DNA of 64,000 nt from Octopus bimaculoides. Its lineage: Eukaryota. Of this stretch, positions 29,426 through 42,068 are shown piece by piece. The position numbers were made by a program, and so were the translations under genes. The stretch spans positions 6,907,703 to 6,971,702 of the forward strand of contig NC_068987.1 in assembly GCF_001194135.2 (NCBI RefSeq), written 5' to 3'. The notes under the pieces are model-generated. The model was not told the origin of the DNA. It did not search any database and saw only the letters and a list, made by a program, of their open reading frames with translations. Each line of letters starts with the position of its first letter. The stretch's first letter is position 1.

Positions 29426-30612
29426 TTGTTGCTTTTTTTTTTCGTACATTCTCCCTTATATATATATATATATATNNNNNNNNNNNNNNNNNNNNNNNNN
29501 NNNNNNNNNNNNNNNNNNNNNNNNNNNNNNNNNNNNNNNNNNNNNNNNNNNNNNNNNNNNNNNNNNNNNNNNNNNNNNNNNNNNNNNNNNNNNNNNNNNN
29601 NNNNNNNNNNNNNNNNNNNNNNNNATACGTGTGTGTGTATGTGTGTGCGTGCCTTTCTTTATGTTCACTGCTTTGCTCGAAAAAAAGTGTTACTTAATTC
29701 TAAATATTACACAATGCAGCGGTTGGTTTTCTTTAAATCTGACGGTTTCAAAAACACATTTCATCCTTGGATGTGTGGGTTTTGTGATGTGCCCTGGAGG
29801 TGTTCCGGCGGTTACAGAAAGAGAATGACTATCCATATTCAATACTTTAGAAATACCAGATAATAGTACTTACTATCAACTGTATTTTTGAATTTTAAAA
29901 TTTTAATTCTTTTTCTTTAAAAACATTTAAACACGCACAGAGAGACACAGACACACACAGACACACACAGACACACACAGACACACACAGACCCACACAT
30001 ACTCCCACACCAGTGATCTATTTACTATTCAAGTCCGGTACAAAATCCTAGGTGCCTGCCACTGTATTAATAATAACATTCACGATGCGTACGTCTTTGT
30101 TCGATAATGAACTCATTAACCCAAATTGTTGATATGCACTCCCAATTTATTTCGCTCCAGTAGCTTCCGGACTTGAAGGTTGCAATGCATGTACCTATCT
30201 GCGACATAGAATTTGCTATACAAGAATGGTAAAAATGATGCAATCTGTTAAGTGGGAAGAAGGAATCTATTACATTTGGTAGTCCAGTCTCTATCGATTC
30301 CTTTAACTCTGACTTTCGATATATTAACTTTGTCAAGCTGAAATAAGAAACGAAATATATCCATTAATGAAAGAGATGGCATAAAAATAATTAGTTTGAT
30401 TGATATATATAGAGAGAAACAAAGAAAATCGTGTGTCGGTGAGTGTGTGTTTTTGTGTTTATGTCAATGCAATCTATTAAAAACTTCATCGTTAATACTT
30501 CATTATGTAATCTAAACTCTAACGAAATTACGCTTTCAATCACATTAAACGAATTCTTGTGACAATGAATTTCATTTTTATTCTGTATTGTTATGTGTGT
30601 TGTAACTTATAT

Positions 30613-30660
30613 CAACGGTTCTCAACCGGGGTCTCTATGACACTTGGGAGTTCATATCAG
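30613..30660 (+). mobile_element. hAT-type MITE terminus (one end only)
   Basis: caacggttctcaaccggggtc resembles hAT/Charlie terminal inverted repeats (CAG(C/T)GGTTCTCAAC). I did not find the matching right end. Confidence 0.4.
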
Positions 30661-30863
30661 ATGTTGTTGCAAATTTTAATGTGTAATAAACTGGCTACAA
30701 ATTTATTTACACATTTATAAATTGCTATAAAAAGAAATTGTTTTAAATATACGTTAACGATTAAATGTTTATAAAGATATTTATAAATGTCTTTATACAA
30801 TAGGGACAATTAACAGAACGAGAACAAATGTGATGTTACACCACCTTTGGCAATTGTTAAAGG

Positions 30864-31444
30864 ACACAAGGTCAGAAATTTTGGGGAAGGTGGGTAGTCG
30901 ATTAAATTGCCCCCAGCACTCACCTGGTACTTATTTTATCGACCCCTAAAGTGATAACGGCAAAGCCGAACACGGTGGATTTGAACTCAGAACGTAAAGA
31001 CAGACTAAATGCCACTTCGCAGTTTGCCCGTCGTGCTAATGGCTCAGCCACTTCGTCGTTCTCTAACGGCAAAATATTGGTTTGAAATTTTGGGGGAGGG
31101 ACTAATTAGATTAAATCAACCTTAATGCTCAACTGCGGAAGTTGAACTCAAAACTTAGAAACGAAATGCCGCCAAGCATCTTGCCCGGCGTGCCAACGAT
31201 TTTGCCACCTCACCGCCTTCTAACGATAAAATATTCTTTTCTACTCTAGGCACAAGGCCCGAAATTTTTAGGAAAGGGGCCCAGTCGATTACATCGACCC
31301 CAGTATGCAACTAGTACTTAATTTATTGGCCCGGAAAGGCAAAGTCGACATCGGCGGAATTTGAACTCAGAACGTAAAGACAGTCGAAATACTTCTAAGC
31401 ATTTCGCCCGGCGTGCTGACGTCTCTGTCAGCTCGCCGCCATCT
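30864..31444 (-). mobile_element. Three head-to-tail SINE family A copies (about 30864-31060, 31079-31218 and 31236-31444)
   Basis: Each copy carries family motifs (ttgaactca, gcccg...gtgc...aa, gcc). The copies are separated by the repeated 17-mer tctaacgataaaatatt. Confidence 0.88.
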
Positions 31445-34197
31445 TCTAACGATAAAATATTGATACAATATTCCTTCGATTAGTTGTACAAAATATAATC
31501 CACATTAAAAGCCTATTGCTCCTTTAACATTTGTCATACATGGTTTAACATTACATTAATTCTCATCCTGTTAATTGTCCCTATTATATATAACCATGAT
31601 TATAAATGCACGTACTCATTTGCCAGGATACTGACAACGTATCCCAAATGATCCTCATAAAGCAATCTGAACGTTTCGACTTCCAATTTAAATCGCAAAT
31701 TAAATATACTTAAAAATGTATTCGCTCATAATTTGTCGGAAGTTTTTATTACCTTCTGAAAGACAACTTAAAATTCAAGCATAATAGTTGTTTTATTCTC
31801 CTTCGTCAGAATCCATGATTACATGTTAAGAACGACAATAATGAATTGAATGCTTAATGTTGCGACTCTAAAATTTAAAACTAGTTAAATTTACTGGGCA
31901 AATTGAGGATAAAATAAGAAAACATTGGTGAAGCAGAAAACTAATACAAAACAGGAAATTGTCTTGGAATTCAAATTGTCGAAATAATTGCCTTCAAAGA
32001 ATACCGACATTTAAAATAATCTGCAATATATAGAAGAAAACACAAATTTGGTAATATTGTGAAGTACCAATGGAACAGATATACGAAAGGGTTATGATGC
32101 TTCGTCATTTTGTGAAGTTCTAAGAGCAAATGCTGAAAAGAAGTTTATTTTCACTAAATTGAAATGCATTTGCATATTTTCATAAAGAAATGATCAAGTC
32201 GCGTTGAATAAAGAACTCAATATGCAAGATCTGAGTGTCAATAGACATCTTTGTCCGGAAACGTGTCAGATATCGGAAATAGATAACGCTCCATTATATA
32301 CAGAAGCCTAGATTGAAAGACACATACACAGGGGAGTAGAAAGATAGCTATATCGATTAGTACAAATAAAGTGTTGGAAAACGGGACTGAATTTGTTATT
32401 AGAGGCTATGATTTTGATGATAGTGATGCTGCAGATGAAGATAATTATAATGTTGTTGAAAATGGAGATAAGAAATTGATTATAATAAGTCCTTCAATTT
32501 CACTCATAACATAATCTAGAGTAGCACCATCATCATCATCAACATCATATCCAAAAACCCTACTACCTCATAATGTTAACTTAAACGAATATTCAAAAGT
32601 CAACAGAATAAACGAACACTGTTTTAAGAGTTACTTAAAATGTTGTGCATTAAAATTCTCAAACCGGCAGCTATTACTGTAAATTATATATGCGAATATT
32701 ATATACTTAAATACTTTTATTGCCATAGAATATACTCACTGCTGGATGAACTGTTATGAGATCACTCTAATAACAGCTCCAGGGGACTGAATTTATTTTG
32801 CAAACATATCCAAGGTCTTTAATTTATGATATTTCTGTCCAAAAATCTGTAAGAAAATAATATCTGTATCGGTTGTATAAAGGACATCGCATTCATTGAC
32901 CATTACTTCATTCACCCGAAACGTCTACATTTATGAGAGACTTTTCCTAGTTTGGAATCACATTTCTGTGATCAGCCTATGAAGCATCGTATAAAAGAAA
33001 TCAGTGCCTCATTCTATCACTGGACATATATTACATTGGTTAGGCGCATCATGACTATGATTTTACAGTAATTTCTGCATTAAATTTGATATGAATTTTA
33101 ATCCATATATGTTTCGCCCGTGTATGACAAACAGTTGGTATGACAAAACGCTGGTGTTTTCCTGCCGTTCTTGTTTCAATGTCACACGACAATAATTTTG
33201 TTGTAACAACATATGTACACATATTTGCATAAAACACAGTGTTGTATTGAAGAACTGCTTAAAGATCAGAATGCATCTGATCCCCCCAGCTGTGTCAGAA
33301 GGGAAGAAAGAAACACAAGTTAGGAAAAGAAAGAAAAGATGGCCGATGGTCAAGTGGGAGCAACGAGAGAGCAAAGGAGGAAGAGTGAGGGAGAGAGAGA
33401 GAGACAGACAGAGAACAGTGAAAGGAAGAAGAAAAGAATGACAGAAAGGATAAGAGAGAAAAAAGCGAGAAGGGGAGATAGAAAGAATTAGAGGAAGGAA
33501 GAGAGAAAACGGAAGAGTAATAGAATAGAATACATATATATATCGTGAGAACAAAAATGGCGGTGATGGTATTATTTTTAATCTTTCATATACTCACATG
33601 CTCACACAAAAACCAACGGAGACAAACAAACAAACTGACCTCTGCACTTCCTAATACATGCACGTATATTCTCGGCATCATTTCTCACTCTCTCACTATA
33701 CTCAAGTTCACACATATATACTCTTGCTCACCATATATTTACAAACATGCAGACACAAGTAAACCCAAGACACAACACTCACACACACGAACACACATGG
33801 ATATTCGTATGAACACACACACACACACACACATATATATACACACAAATATTTCACAGAGAATAGACTCATAGAAGAAACGAAAAACTGGAAGTCTTCA
33901 TACAATTTGATATCTGGTAGCAATATTCGTGTTATAGAACAGCTGCCACTTCTAACGATTATATAATTCGAATTCTCTATATAAACATTTGCGTTTTTCG
34001 ACAAAGCATGACCGTGGTACTTTACTGTTTTATTTGCGATGTAGTGTTATTCATTGGCCCCTTCTATTTCTATGTCCGTCCAGTTGAAAAAGTAAGTGAC
34101 AATAACAAAGAAATCATTATAAAAATGGAACACTTCTTCACAATTACTGATTAATTTTATCTACACCTTTAATTATAATTCATTTTAATTATTTCAG

Positions 34198-34322
34198 ATT
34201 ACGTCGAAAAGGAGAGATGTTTTTCCATAGCCGCTTTGTGATTTTAACCGTTGTTATTTTGTGCGTTCTTGACTGCGCCTTGGTCCTGGGAGAACTTATT
34301 TTGGACTTGCACAGTGTTAGAG
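34198..34322 (+). CDS. HVCN1: Hv channel exon encoding S0-S1: LRRKGEMFFHSRFVILTVVILCVLDCALVLGELILDLHSVR
   Basis: Acceptor atttcag| and donor G|gtaagt. The translation aligns by eye to human Hv1 S1 ([24 protein letters not shown]). The D112 equivalent is GAC at 34271-34273, and the E119 and D123 equivalents are at the right spacing. Confidence 0.95.
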
Positions 34323-35089
34323 GTAAGTGATTTGCTGTATCCTAAGTATTGTAATCGGTAGAATAAACTTTTATGAGAAACTAAAATATTATGAGAAACT
34401 AAAATATATCTTTTCTTAGAAAAGATATATAAACAGCATCAGCAAAAGCCCAATGACTTTTTGGGTCCTGTTACCAAATTGTCAAATATTTCTTCGGTTA
34501 CATTTCTTTAGAACAGAAAAGTGAGTCGCTTGGTCTTAGATATAAACAAAGAACCATTCTTTTTCTTTTTGTATATCAATATGAGAACATAATATATAAA
34601 AATCCCAACCGTATCTAAATTTATCAATGCAAGCGTTTTATTTAAGAGCTTGAGTCTACGATTATCTGTCGTATGATTAAAATTTCTTAGTCTTATGACT
34701 GTCATGCATCATCTATTTAATCTTTATATCATTTGATACATACATAGGTCATTAATTAATAGATTACTGATAATAAATCATAGATTGGTGGCCGTCTATC
34801 ATTGTATTAATATCGCTCATCTACATACTATTGATGAAAAGTCAGAGCTCTTTGTTACACAGTTTGTTGGTTTCGTACCTCTTTACTAATAATTATTTTT
34901 CTAATCATCTTCAAAGTATATTTCATTGTTCTGTAGCCGTGATTGTTATAACAATGATACTGTTCCTCAAATGAATATAAAAGGATTGAGATTTATATTC
35001 ACTAAAATACCCGTACGCCAGCCTAAAGCAGAGACATATGAAGCACCACATGGAACGAAATCATTTACATTAGTTTGCAATAAGACGGA

Positions 35090-35440
35090 TTATACGAATA
35101 CTTAGCAGAATAACGTTTTGTTTTGATTACAGTAGTAATCCCTCTGGCCAGGGAAGCGATAAGATTCTTTAACTCCTGCGATTTATGATTATCCAAGCAT
35201 TCATCTTTGTTACAATAAATTGAGTTCAGCACTGTCTGATTCTTGATCATAAATTCTTGTTAGTCTTTCTCTAGCTAAGTTCTTGGATGTTTCCAGACCA
35301 TTGTCAAGTGTTCACTTTATAGGTTTTCAACATGTTTAAGTAGATTTAGCTGTAGGGTCTTGAGAATAATCTGGTTGAAAAATTACTTCATGTGAATCAC
35401 ATGTAAAATAGCAAAGACAGAGAAATAAGTTCGTTTCCAA
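35090..35440 (-). mobile_element. Tc1/mariner transposase C-terminal remnant
   Basis: The reverse strand gives AKS..L(K)HVENL* (cf. SPDLNPIENLW) and NLIASLARGITTVIKTKRYSAKY (cf. NLISSMPRRIAAVIKAKGGSTKY). Confidence 0.7.
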
Positions 35441-36983
35441 ATAATTTCTGGCTTTTTTTTTTTAGCGTTCTCTTAATAATTTAAATGCAGATAACAAGCC
35501 TAAAGCTGATAGTATCCTTCATTCTTTCTCTAACACAGTTAGAAAGAAATGTTCACACGATTTGCATTACACATATTTCAGTCCATCGCTTCTAAAGATT
35601 GAGCTTTTTCGTCTCATTTCCCAATGACTTTGAGCCAAACTTCTGCTATTTGTCTCTAATCAATAAAAAAGATGCGAATGTTGATATATTTACACACACA
35701 CACACAGATGTACGTGCGGGGTGTATGTTTGTGTATATGCATGTATGTGATGATGTCTGCTTAATAAATATATAAGCGTGCATCCAAGAAACATTTATTT
35801 AACTAATACGCGTCACCCTCGACACTTCTCTCACGTAAATAAGTAAAAAGTATGCACGTTGTTCATCGTATGTTGGAGTTGTTCTGAGCTACTTCATATC
35901 TGTGTACAATACGCAAATATTTCGGATGAACCAGAGATCAAACAAACCTAGTGCAGTTATTCAATCTTTCCTTTCAAAAGAGCTCTGCAGTTTAACCGCA
36001 TTATTTGTTTACATAGCGAATCGAAATGTACTGTTACCCGCAGACATGTTAATCTTAAAAAATTGCAAACAGTTTGCCTCAGTAATGAATATGCGCTGCT
36101 CATATGGACATGTATTCTTATATTCTATTTGTAGTTAAAATCCATTGAGAAATGGCAGTTACATAGTACTGTAGTTATTCTTATATAGTACTTTAGTTTC
36201 TCTTATATTTACTCTTATATAGTACTGTGTTTACTCTTATTTGAAAATGCAGCTTCATTTCTAAAGTAATTTGATTAATTCGGAATCCAGGTATCGTCTT
36301 TGCATATATTAAATTTTTTCGGTGTAGGTTATCAATTATTTATTTCTAGTTTCATTTATTTGTGCATCACAATATATATTTTTAAATAAATATCTTCAAC
36401 TAAGCGATTCAGTTGTTCTGTATTCCTGCAAACTTATCGTTTGAATTAACCTTTTCCAGTTTTTATACTATCCACAGGTGTATAGAATGGCATTTATAAT
36501 TTTATAGAAAACTAATGCATTGTGTATATTTATTATATTCAGGCGATACATATTTTCCATGCAACATTACTTTCAAAATCCTGAAAGAGTATTATTTCTG
36601 AGTAAATGAAATAGTATATGATTGTGATTCGTGCATGTTTAATATCAATGGTGTTTCATTATAAATGTTGCTCGTTCTCAGCATCAGAGGAGCTACAAAT
36701 TTACAAGCAGTTCTTATGCGAAAGACATTCCATGTTCCATCTATTTACAAATCGAATGTTCCTGAAAGCAAGGCAGCTGGCGTCAGTGACGCGGAAACTG
36801 ATTTACTATCAGGAGTTGTCATACACGAGAAAAATTATATAAAAAAAAATTATCAAAAAACATATTATTGTAGAGACTCTTATTTCAGAAACACTTTTCA
36901 GCTCATCTGAAGCAACTATTTGGTTATTTCCAAGAAGTATATGTAACCATTTTCAACGCATGAAAAAGTTGATGAAATATATT

Positions 36984-37092
<109 letters not shown>

Positions 37093-38424
37093 TGTGTGTG
37101 TGATAACGTAACAAGTCAAATGGAAATTTTCATTTCAACGGCAAATACTGATGCCAATTTCACCAACAATTGCACTTAACCATGCACACAAAAATGCACA
37201 TTTTGGCAAGCAAATATTATTTATATTTGTCTCTATGTGTGTAGTCGTATGAATATAAAAATCACCACAGGAAAACACAAGCAGACGTTCTCTCACTCTC
37301 TCGCGCTCTCACTATCTCACTCTCTCACATGAACAGGCGCTCACACCCACATATAGGCCTCTATATATGTGTAGATACACACGCACATACGTTCACATGC
37401 CCTACACACATATACACACATATGAATATAAATGTACATATGCAAGCATATATATATATAATTCAATACCCATATATATGCATGTATTGTGTATGTGTAT
37501 GAATACATACATACATATANNNNNNNNNNNNNNNNNNNNNNNNNNNNNNNNNNNNNNNNNNNNNNNNNNNNNNNNNNNNNNNNNNNNNNNNNNNNNNNNN
37601 NNNNNNNNNNNNNNNNNNNNNNNATAGCCGCCCCCTCTCTCTCTTCCTATATATATATATATAATGACAAATGCATTGATATAATTTTCAGATATCTGAA
37701 AATTGGTTTTGCCAGCGCAATTGCGAAATATTTTTCTCATACCCGTAGCAATTTTGAAATATACGTAAATGATAACTTTAAGTTTCCAAGTCATATTTGT
37801 ACTTACGAAACGAATAGCCGTATTATATATTTGAAATTGCTTTTAAAATATTTTGTACTTATGCAGCTCACTCTAAAGAGCTACGCTGAGAAAATAATTT
37901 TGTTTCTATTCGAGAAAGCAGTTAAACTTGGCCAAGTATTCTTAAGTTTAGGGTATCTTTTTCTCGAGCTCTATAGTTTCTCCGTGCAAATGTCTAGGAA
38001 TTGGATGCACATACATACGTACATCAACACTTTAGCATAAAGTTCCGTCAAGTTTATGACATCACACTTGGAATTCTGCAACCATACAATCCAAGAACAT
38101 GACATCCCCACCAAGTACCTGAATCATAAAAAGTAGAAAACGGGTGACAGAGAACGTAGGCTGTAAAGGCACAATATTACCAACTGTGAAAGAATGTCTT
38201 ATCCTAGAATATTTTATCCTATTTTAAAATTATATATATATATATATATGTAGCAATGTAGACGATTCAGTGAAGTAAAGATCCTTCAATGCAGTACTGA
38301 TTCTATGCGAAATAATGGAATTTCTGTTAGATTATTTGTGGAAAATAATGTTTGTTGCCTGAAATTCATTAAAGTAATGTAGTGAATACTATTTTGAGGA
38401 CGACTGCAAGTGTAGTGATATTGC

Positions 38425-38812
38425 TTTGAAATTTTGGTACAAACCAGCGGTTTTGAGGGGAGGGGCAAGTCGATTACATCGACCCCAATGCTCTGCAGGT
38501 ACTTATTTTATCGAATCCGAAAGGATCAAAGGCAAATTCGACCAGAGCGGAGTTTGAACTCAGAGTGTAAAGACAGACGAAATGCCGTTAGGCATATTTT
38601 TCTTTTGTACTCTAGGCACAAGGCCCGAAATTTTGGGGAAAGGGCTCAGCCAATTAGATCGACCTCAGTACACAACTGGTACTTAATTTATAGACCCCGA
38701 AAGGAGGAAAGGCAAAGTCAACTACGGCGGAGTTTGAACTCAACGTAAAGACAGACGAAATATCGCTAAGAATTTCGGCCGCTGTGCTAACGTTTCTACA
38801 ATTTCGCCGGCT
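38425..38812 (-). mobile_element. Two SINE family A copies; the second (about 38600-38812) interrupts the head of the first (about 38425-38597)
   Basis: Both carry gtcgattacatcgacccc / ggtactta / aaaggcaaa / ttgaactca / gtaaagacagacgaaat. The first stops at ttaggcat, and ttaagcat recurs right after the second. Confidence 0.85.
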
Positions 38813-40084
38813 TAAGCATCTAGTAATATTGATTAAACAACGTTTAGAGAGCTTCATTGTTATGATGTCAAACAAAGAGAAGAGAAATATGTTATTATCT
38901 GGTTATAAATGTTCCAAATTTCATATTATAAGAAAGCTATCTTTCAAATTTTCAGAAGAGATTGTTGTTACTATCATAAAATATAAAACAAACATTATGA
39001 CTAAGAAGTTGTTTAATGCTTTGTATGCCACAGTGACTTTTATGGCTGAATAAAGAGTTGTTATATATTAATCTGCATAGTCACATAAAATTTATTTAAT
39101 GTACTTGAACTGATCCCTTCGTAAATATAACTGATTCCTTCGTAAATATAAAAGAAACAAAAAAAAACCCAAAACACGATTTTATGTCAATCTAATCCTG
39201 TGAATGAAGTAAATAGTATAACAACAGTCTCTCAACTCATTTAGAATAGGTATTTGTTTGAATAGGTAATCTTAGCAATGGATACTGTAAAAACTGGTGT
39301 TTCCAACTACGATTACGCAATTTGATCAATACGCTATCAATTTACTCCCAATCGCTCCATTCTCTCGTTATGTTCGAAATTTTTAATCGGTACAGATGTA
39401 AAACCATTGACAAAAACGTATGTAGGTGGCGTGTTTTCGTACACGATATTTCATACATTTATGGGTTCAAATAGGTTTAAACACAAGAGCTTCCCTGCGC
39501 ATATTATTTTTTCTAGCTTGGAGTAGTGCTTTTCAAATTACCAACTTAATGTATATAATAGGAAATCCAAACAATATGATTTATCATCTGCTACTAATGT
39601 ACTTACAAATATACTCTCAAATATGCATATATATCTATACATGTGTGTGTGTGTTTGTGAGTATGTGTGTGCATTCGTATGTGAATATGTGTGTGTGTGT
39701 GTGTATCTGTGTGGCTGTGTGGGTGTATGTGAAATTATATCATCGAATAACAGACCATATGATTTTGTGTGTTTTATGTGCATTCAAATGTTGTGATAAA
39801 AGAAAGTTGGTACATCAGGATGTAGAAATGCAATGAAAAGCAAATAGAATAATATGAACAAATTAATAGTCATGTTTTAGCAGATTTCTTTGGCTGTATT
39901 GATTTTTGATACCTTGGTTTCTAAATTTCCTTTCACACTGTACGCTTTGACTTATTACACAGTTTTGTCTCTTCCTCTCTCCGATTTTATTGAACACTCT
40001 TGCACATACGCAAATTATATTTGCATGTGTCTATGTATGTTTGTATCTGAGTTGCCCATCCGAATGCGACAATGATATACACTT

Positions 40085-40380
40085 CATTAACAATGTGGTC
40101 TTCCATGGTTGAACATCCACTTTTGGGTTCACACAACAATCACGATATGAAAGTGGACGATGCCAATGTGATTATTATGACAATAGTATTGGCGGCGAGC
40201 ATATTCCCTGATTATGTACTGATCTCGCCTGGTTGCCATCTACATTTTCAGTACACCAGCTTCATCCTTACGCAGCCAACACTAAAAAGTATGGTCAGAA
40301 GTAGCGTCCTGCAACTCCATACATCTGATCTCGTAATTCATCTCTGCTGAGCAGCATCCATATCGTCTCACCAGCCATTA
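40085..40380 (-). mobile_element. Possible RTE-like LINE 3' remnant
   Basis: GC-richer island. The reverse strand gives AGETIWMLLSRDELR, loosely like RTE (Y)A(C)ETWTL. It is heavily frameshifted. Confidence 0.3.
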
Positions 40381-41306
40381 CTGTAACTGAAATCTTTGCA
40401 GTTACTTTATGAAAATATTCTAGTGTGACCTACACACACAAGTAATTCTCACGTTGTTCTGAAAGTAATTCATTGCGATGCAGTCGAAGGACTTGGTTTC
40501 ATGACTACAAGCTGCTATGCCTTACATTTGGAGAGTTCGATTTTGATATAGATTGATTCTATACAGTGACCTTTGTCCACCGCCTCTATGCAGCGGTAGA
40601 CGGTACGCGGATATGTTAAAAATGGATGCTGACCGTCAACAACATTGAAGGCAGGGCAGAATGATTGAAACTGGCATTCGATTAACAGATACTCACGTAC
40701 ATACATTTGCATCTGTACATGTCTATATGGGTGTGCGACCCTGTGTTTATGTATGCAAGTGAGTTCGTATTTGTGTCCATGGATATGTATGAGTGTGTGC
40801 GTGGCTATGTATGTCTGTGTGTGCGTGGATGTGGATGTGTATGTGTGTGTATAAACTGATTTTTAATTCACACTTTTCTATTTTTTTCTTTATACTCTTC
40901 AATTCTTTATACATATTTCTGTCCTAGCCATCTTCTATTTTCATCTCTCTAATGTTCGTAATAATCTTTCTTTTCTTCGTTAACTTCTACCTTCTGTCTG
41001 CATCTCTCTTTCAATATCCACTTCTGTTTTGACATCTTATTCTGTATTTCATACTCCTTGTCTCTCTCTAACCATATTTTATCAATTTTATCCAATATTA
41101 CCATCAAGTATATCTCATGAAATATTTGTAAATTTATTTTACAGCAGCTCTTAACTTTATTAGTCGATAATACTTTGTACTTCATGTGCAAATGAATACG
41201 TTGAATATTTATCATAGCTGTCTTGCAAAGTTTTCCGAATGCATTTAGATTAAGATCTACATTTCAGAATTTGAAAGAAAAATGTGATGGTTGCAGTTCA
41301 CATACG

Positions 41307-41310
<4 letters not shown>

Positions 41311-41396
<86 letters not shown>
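41311..41396. repeat. (CA)n microsatellite
   Basis: Directly visible. Confidence 0.95.
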
Positions 41397-41397
<1 letters not shown>

Positions 41398-41745
41398 CAT
41401 ATATGTGTGTGTATGTGTGTCTTATGCATATACGTTTCTGTACATCAAGCTTTTTCAGAAAAAAAATAATATTGAAATAGATGATAACCAATCTGGCATT
41501 TTTCTGTATATGTAACTGTTTTTGAATTGCAAAAGAGTCGAACACTCTGATCTAAGTGTGTGTCATATTTTATACGAAGTTAGATTTAAGAGCATATTAG
41601 CTTTGAAAAAACATTTAATCATAATTAATTTAATATAAATCGAGTATTTTACCATGTTTACATAATATTTACTGTTTCAGTGAGACAAATATTCTAAACA
41701 TTATACATGGAAAATCTCATTTTGTATTTTTTGTTTACATTTCAG

Positions 41746-42068
41746 ACACGCTGCAAGAAACAGAAAAACTTAGTGATTCATTTATAAATAAACTCAGGAA
41801 CAAATACCCCACAGACATGGAAGGCATGCAGGAGCACTTGATCTATGTTTATGAAAAAGTTCTAGACTCCGTAATGACGTGGCCCAAGAATAGCTCGGTG
41901 CCCAACACAACCCGTCCAACCCGCTCGCGACGTGCAGCCGACGTCGACCCTATAATGGAAAAGTGGAATGTTCATGTGCGGTTACCCGGCTCTCATACGC
42001 TCGAGGAAGAGATAGGGCACGCCTTCCATTTGGCCAGTATCTCCATACTTGCAGTCTTAGTCGCTGGT
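41746..42068 (+). CDS. HVCN1: Hv channel exon encoding the long S1-S2 loop and most of S2: DTLQETEK...NSSVPNTTRPTRSRRAAD...EEEIGHAFHLASISILAVLVAG
   Basis: Acceptor atttcag| in phase 1 matches the previous exon. The 323 nt are open. FHLASISIL matches Hv1 S2 FHYMSITIL. The donor GGT|gtaaat is the only choice in phase with the next exon. Confidence 0.9.
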
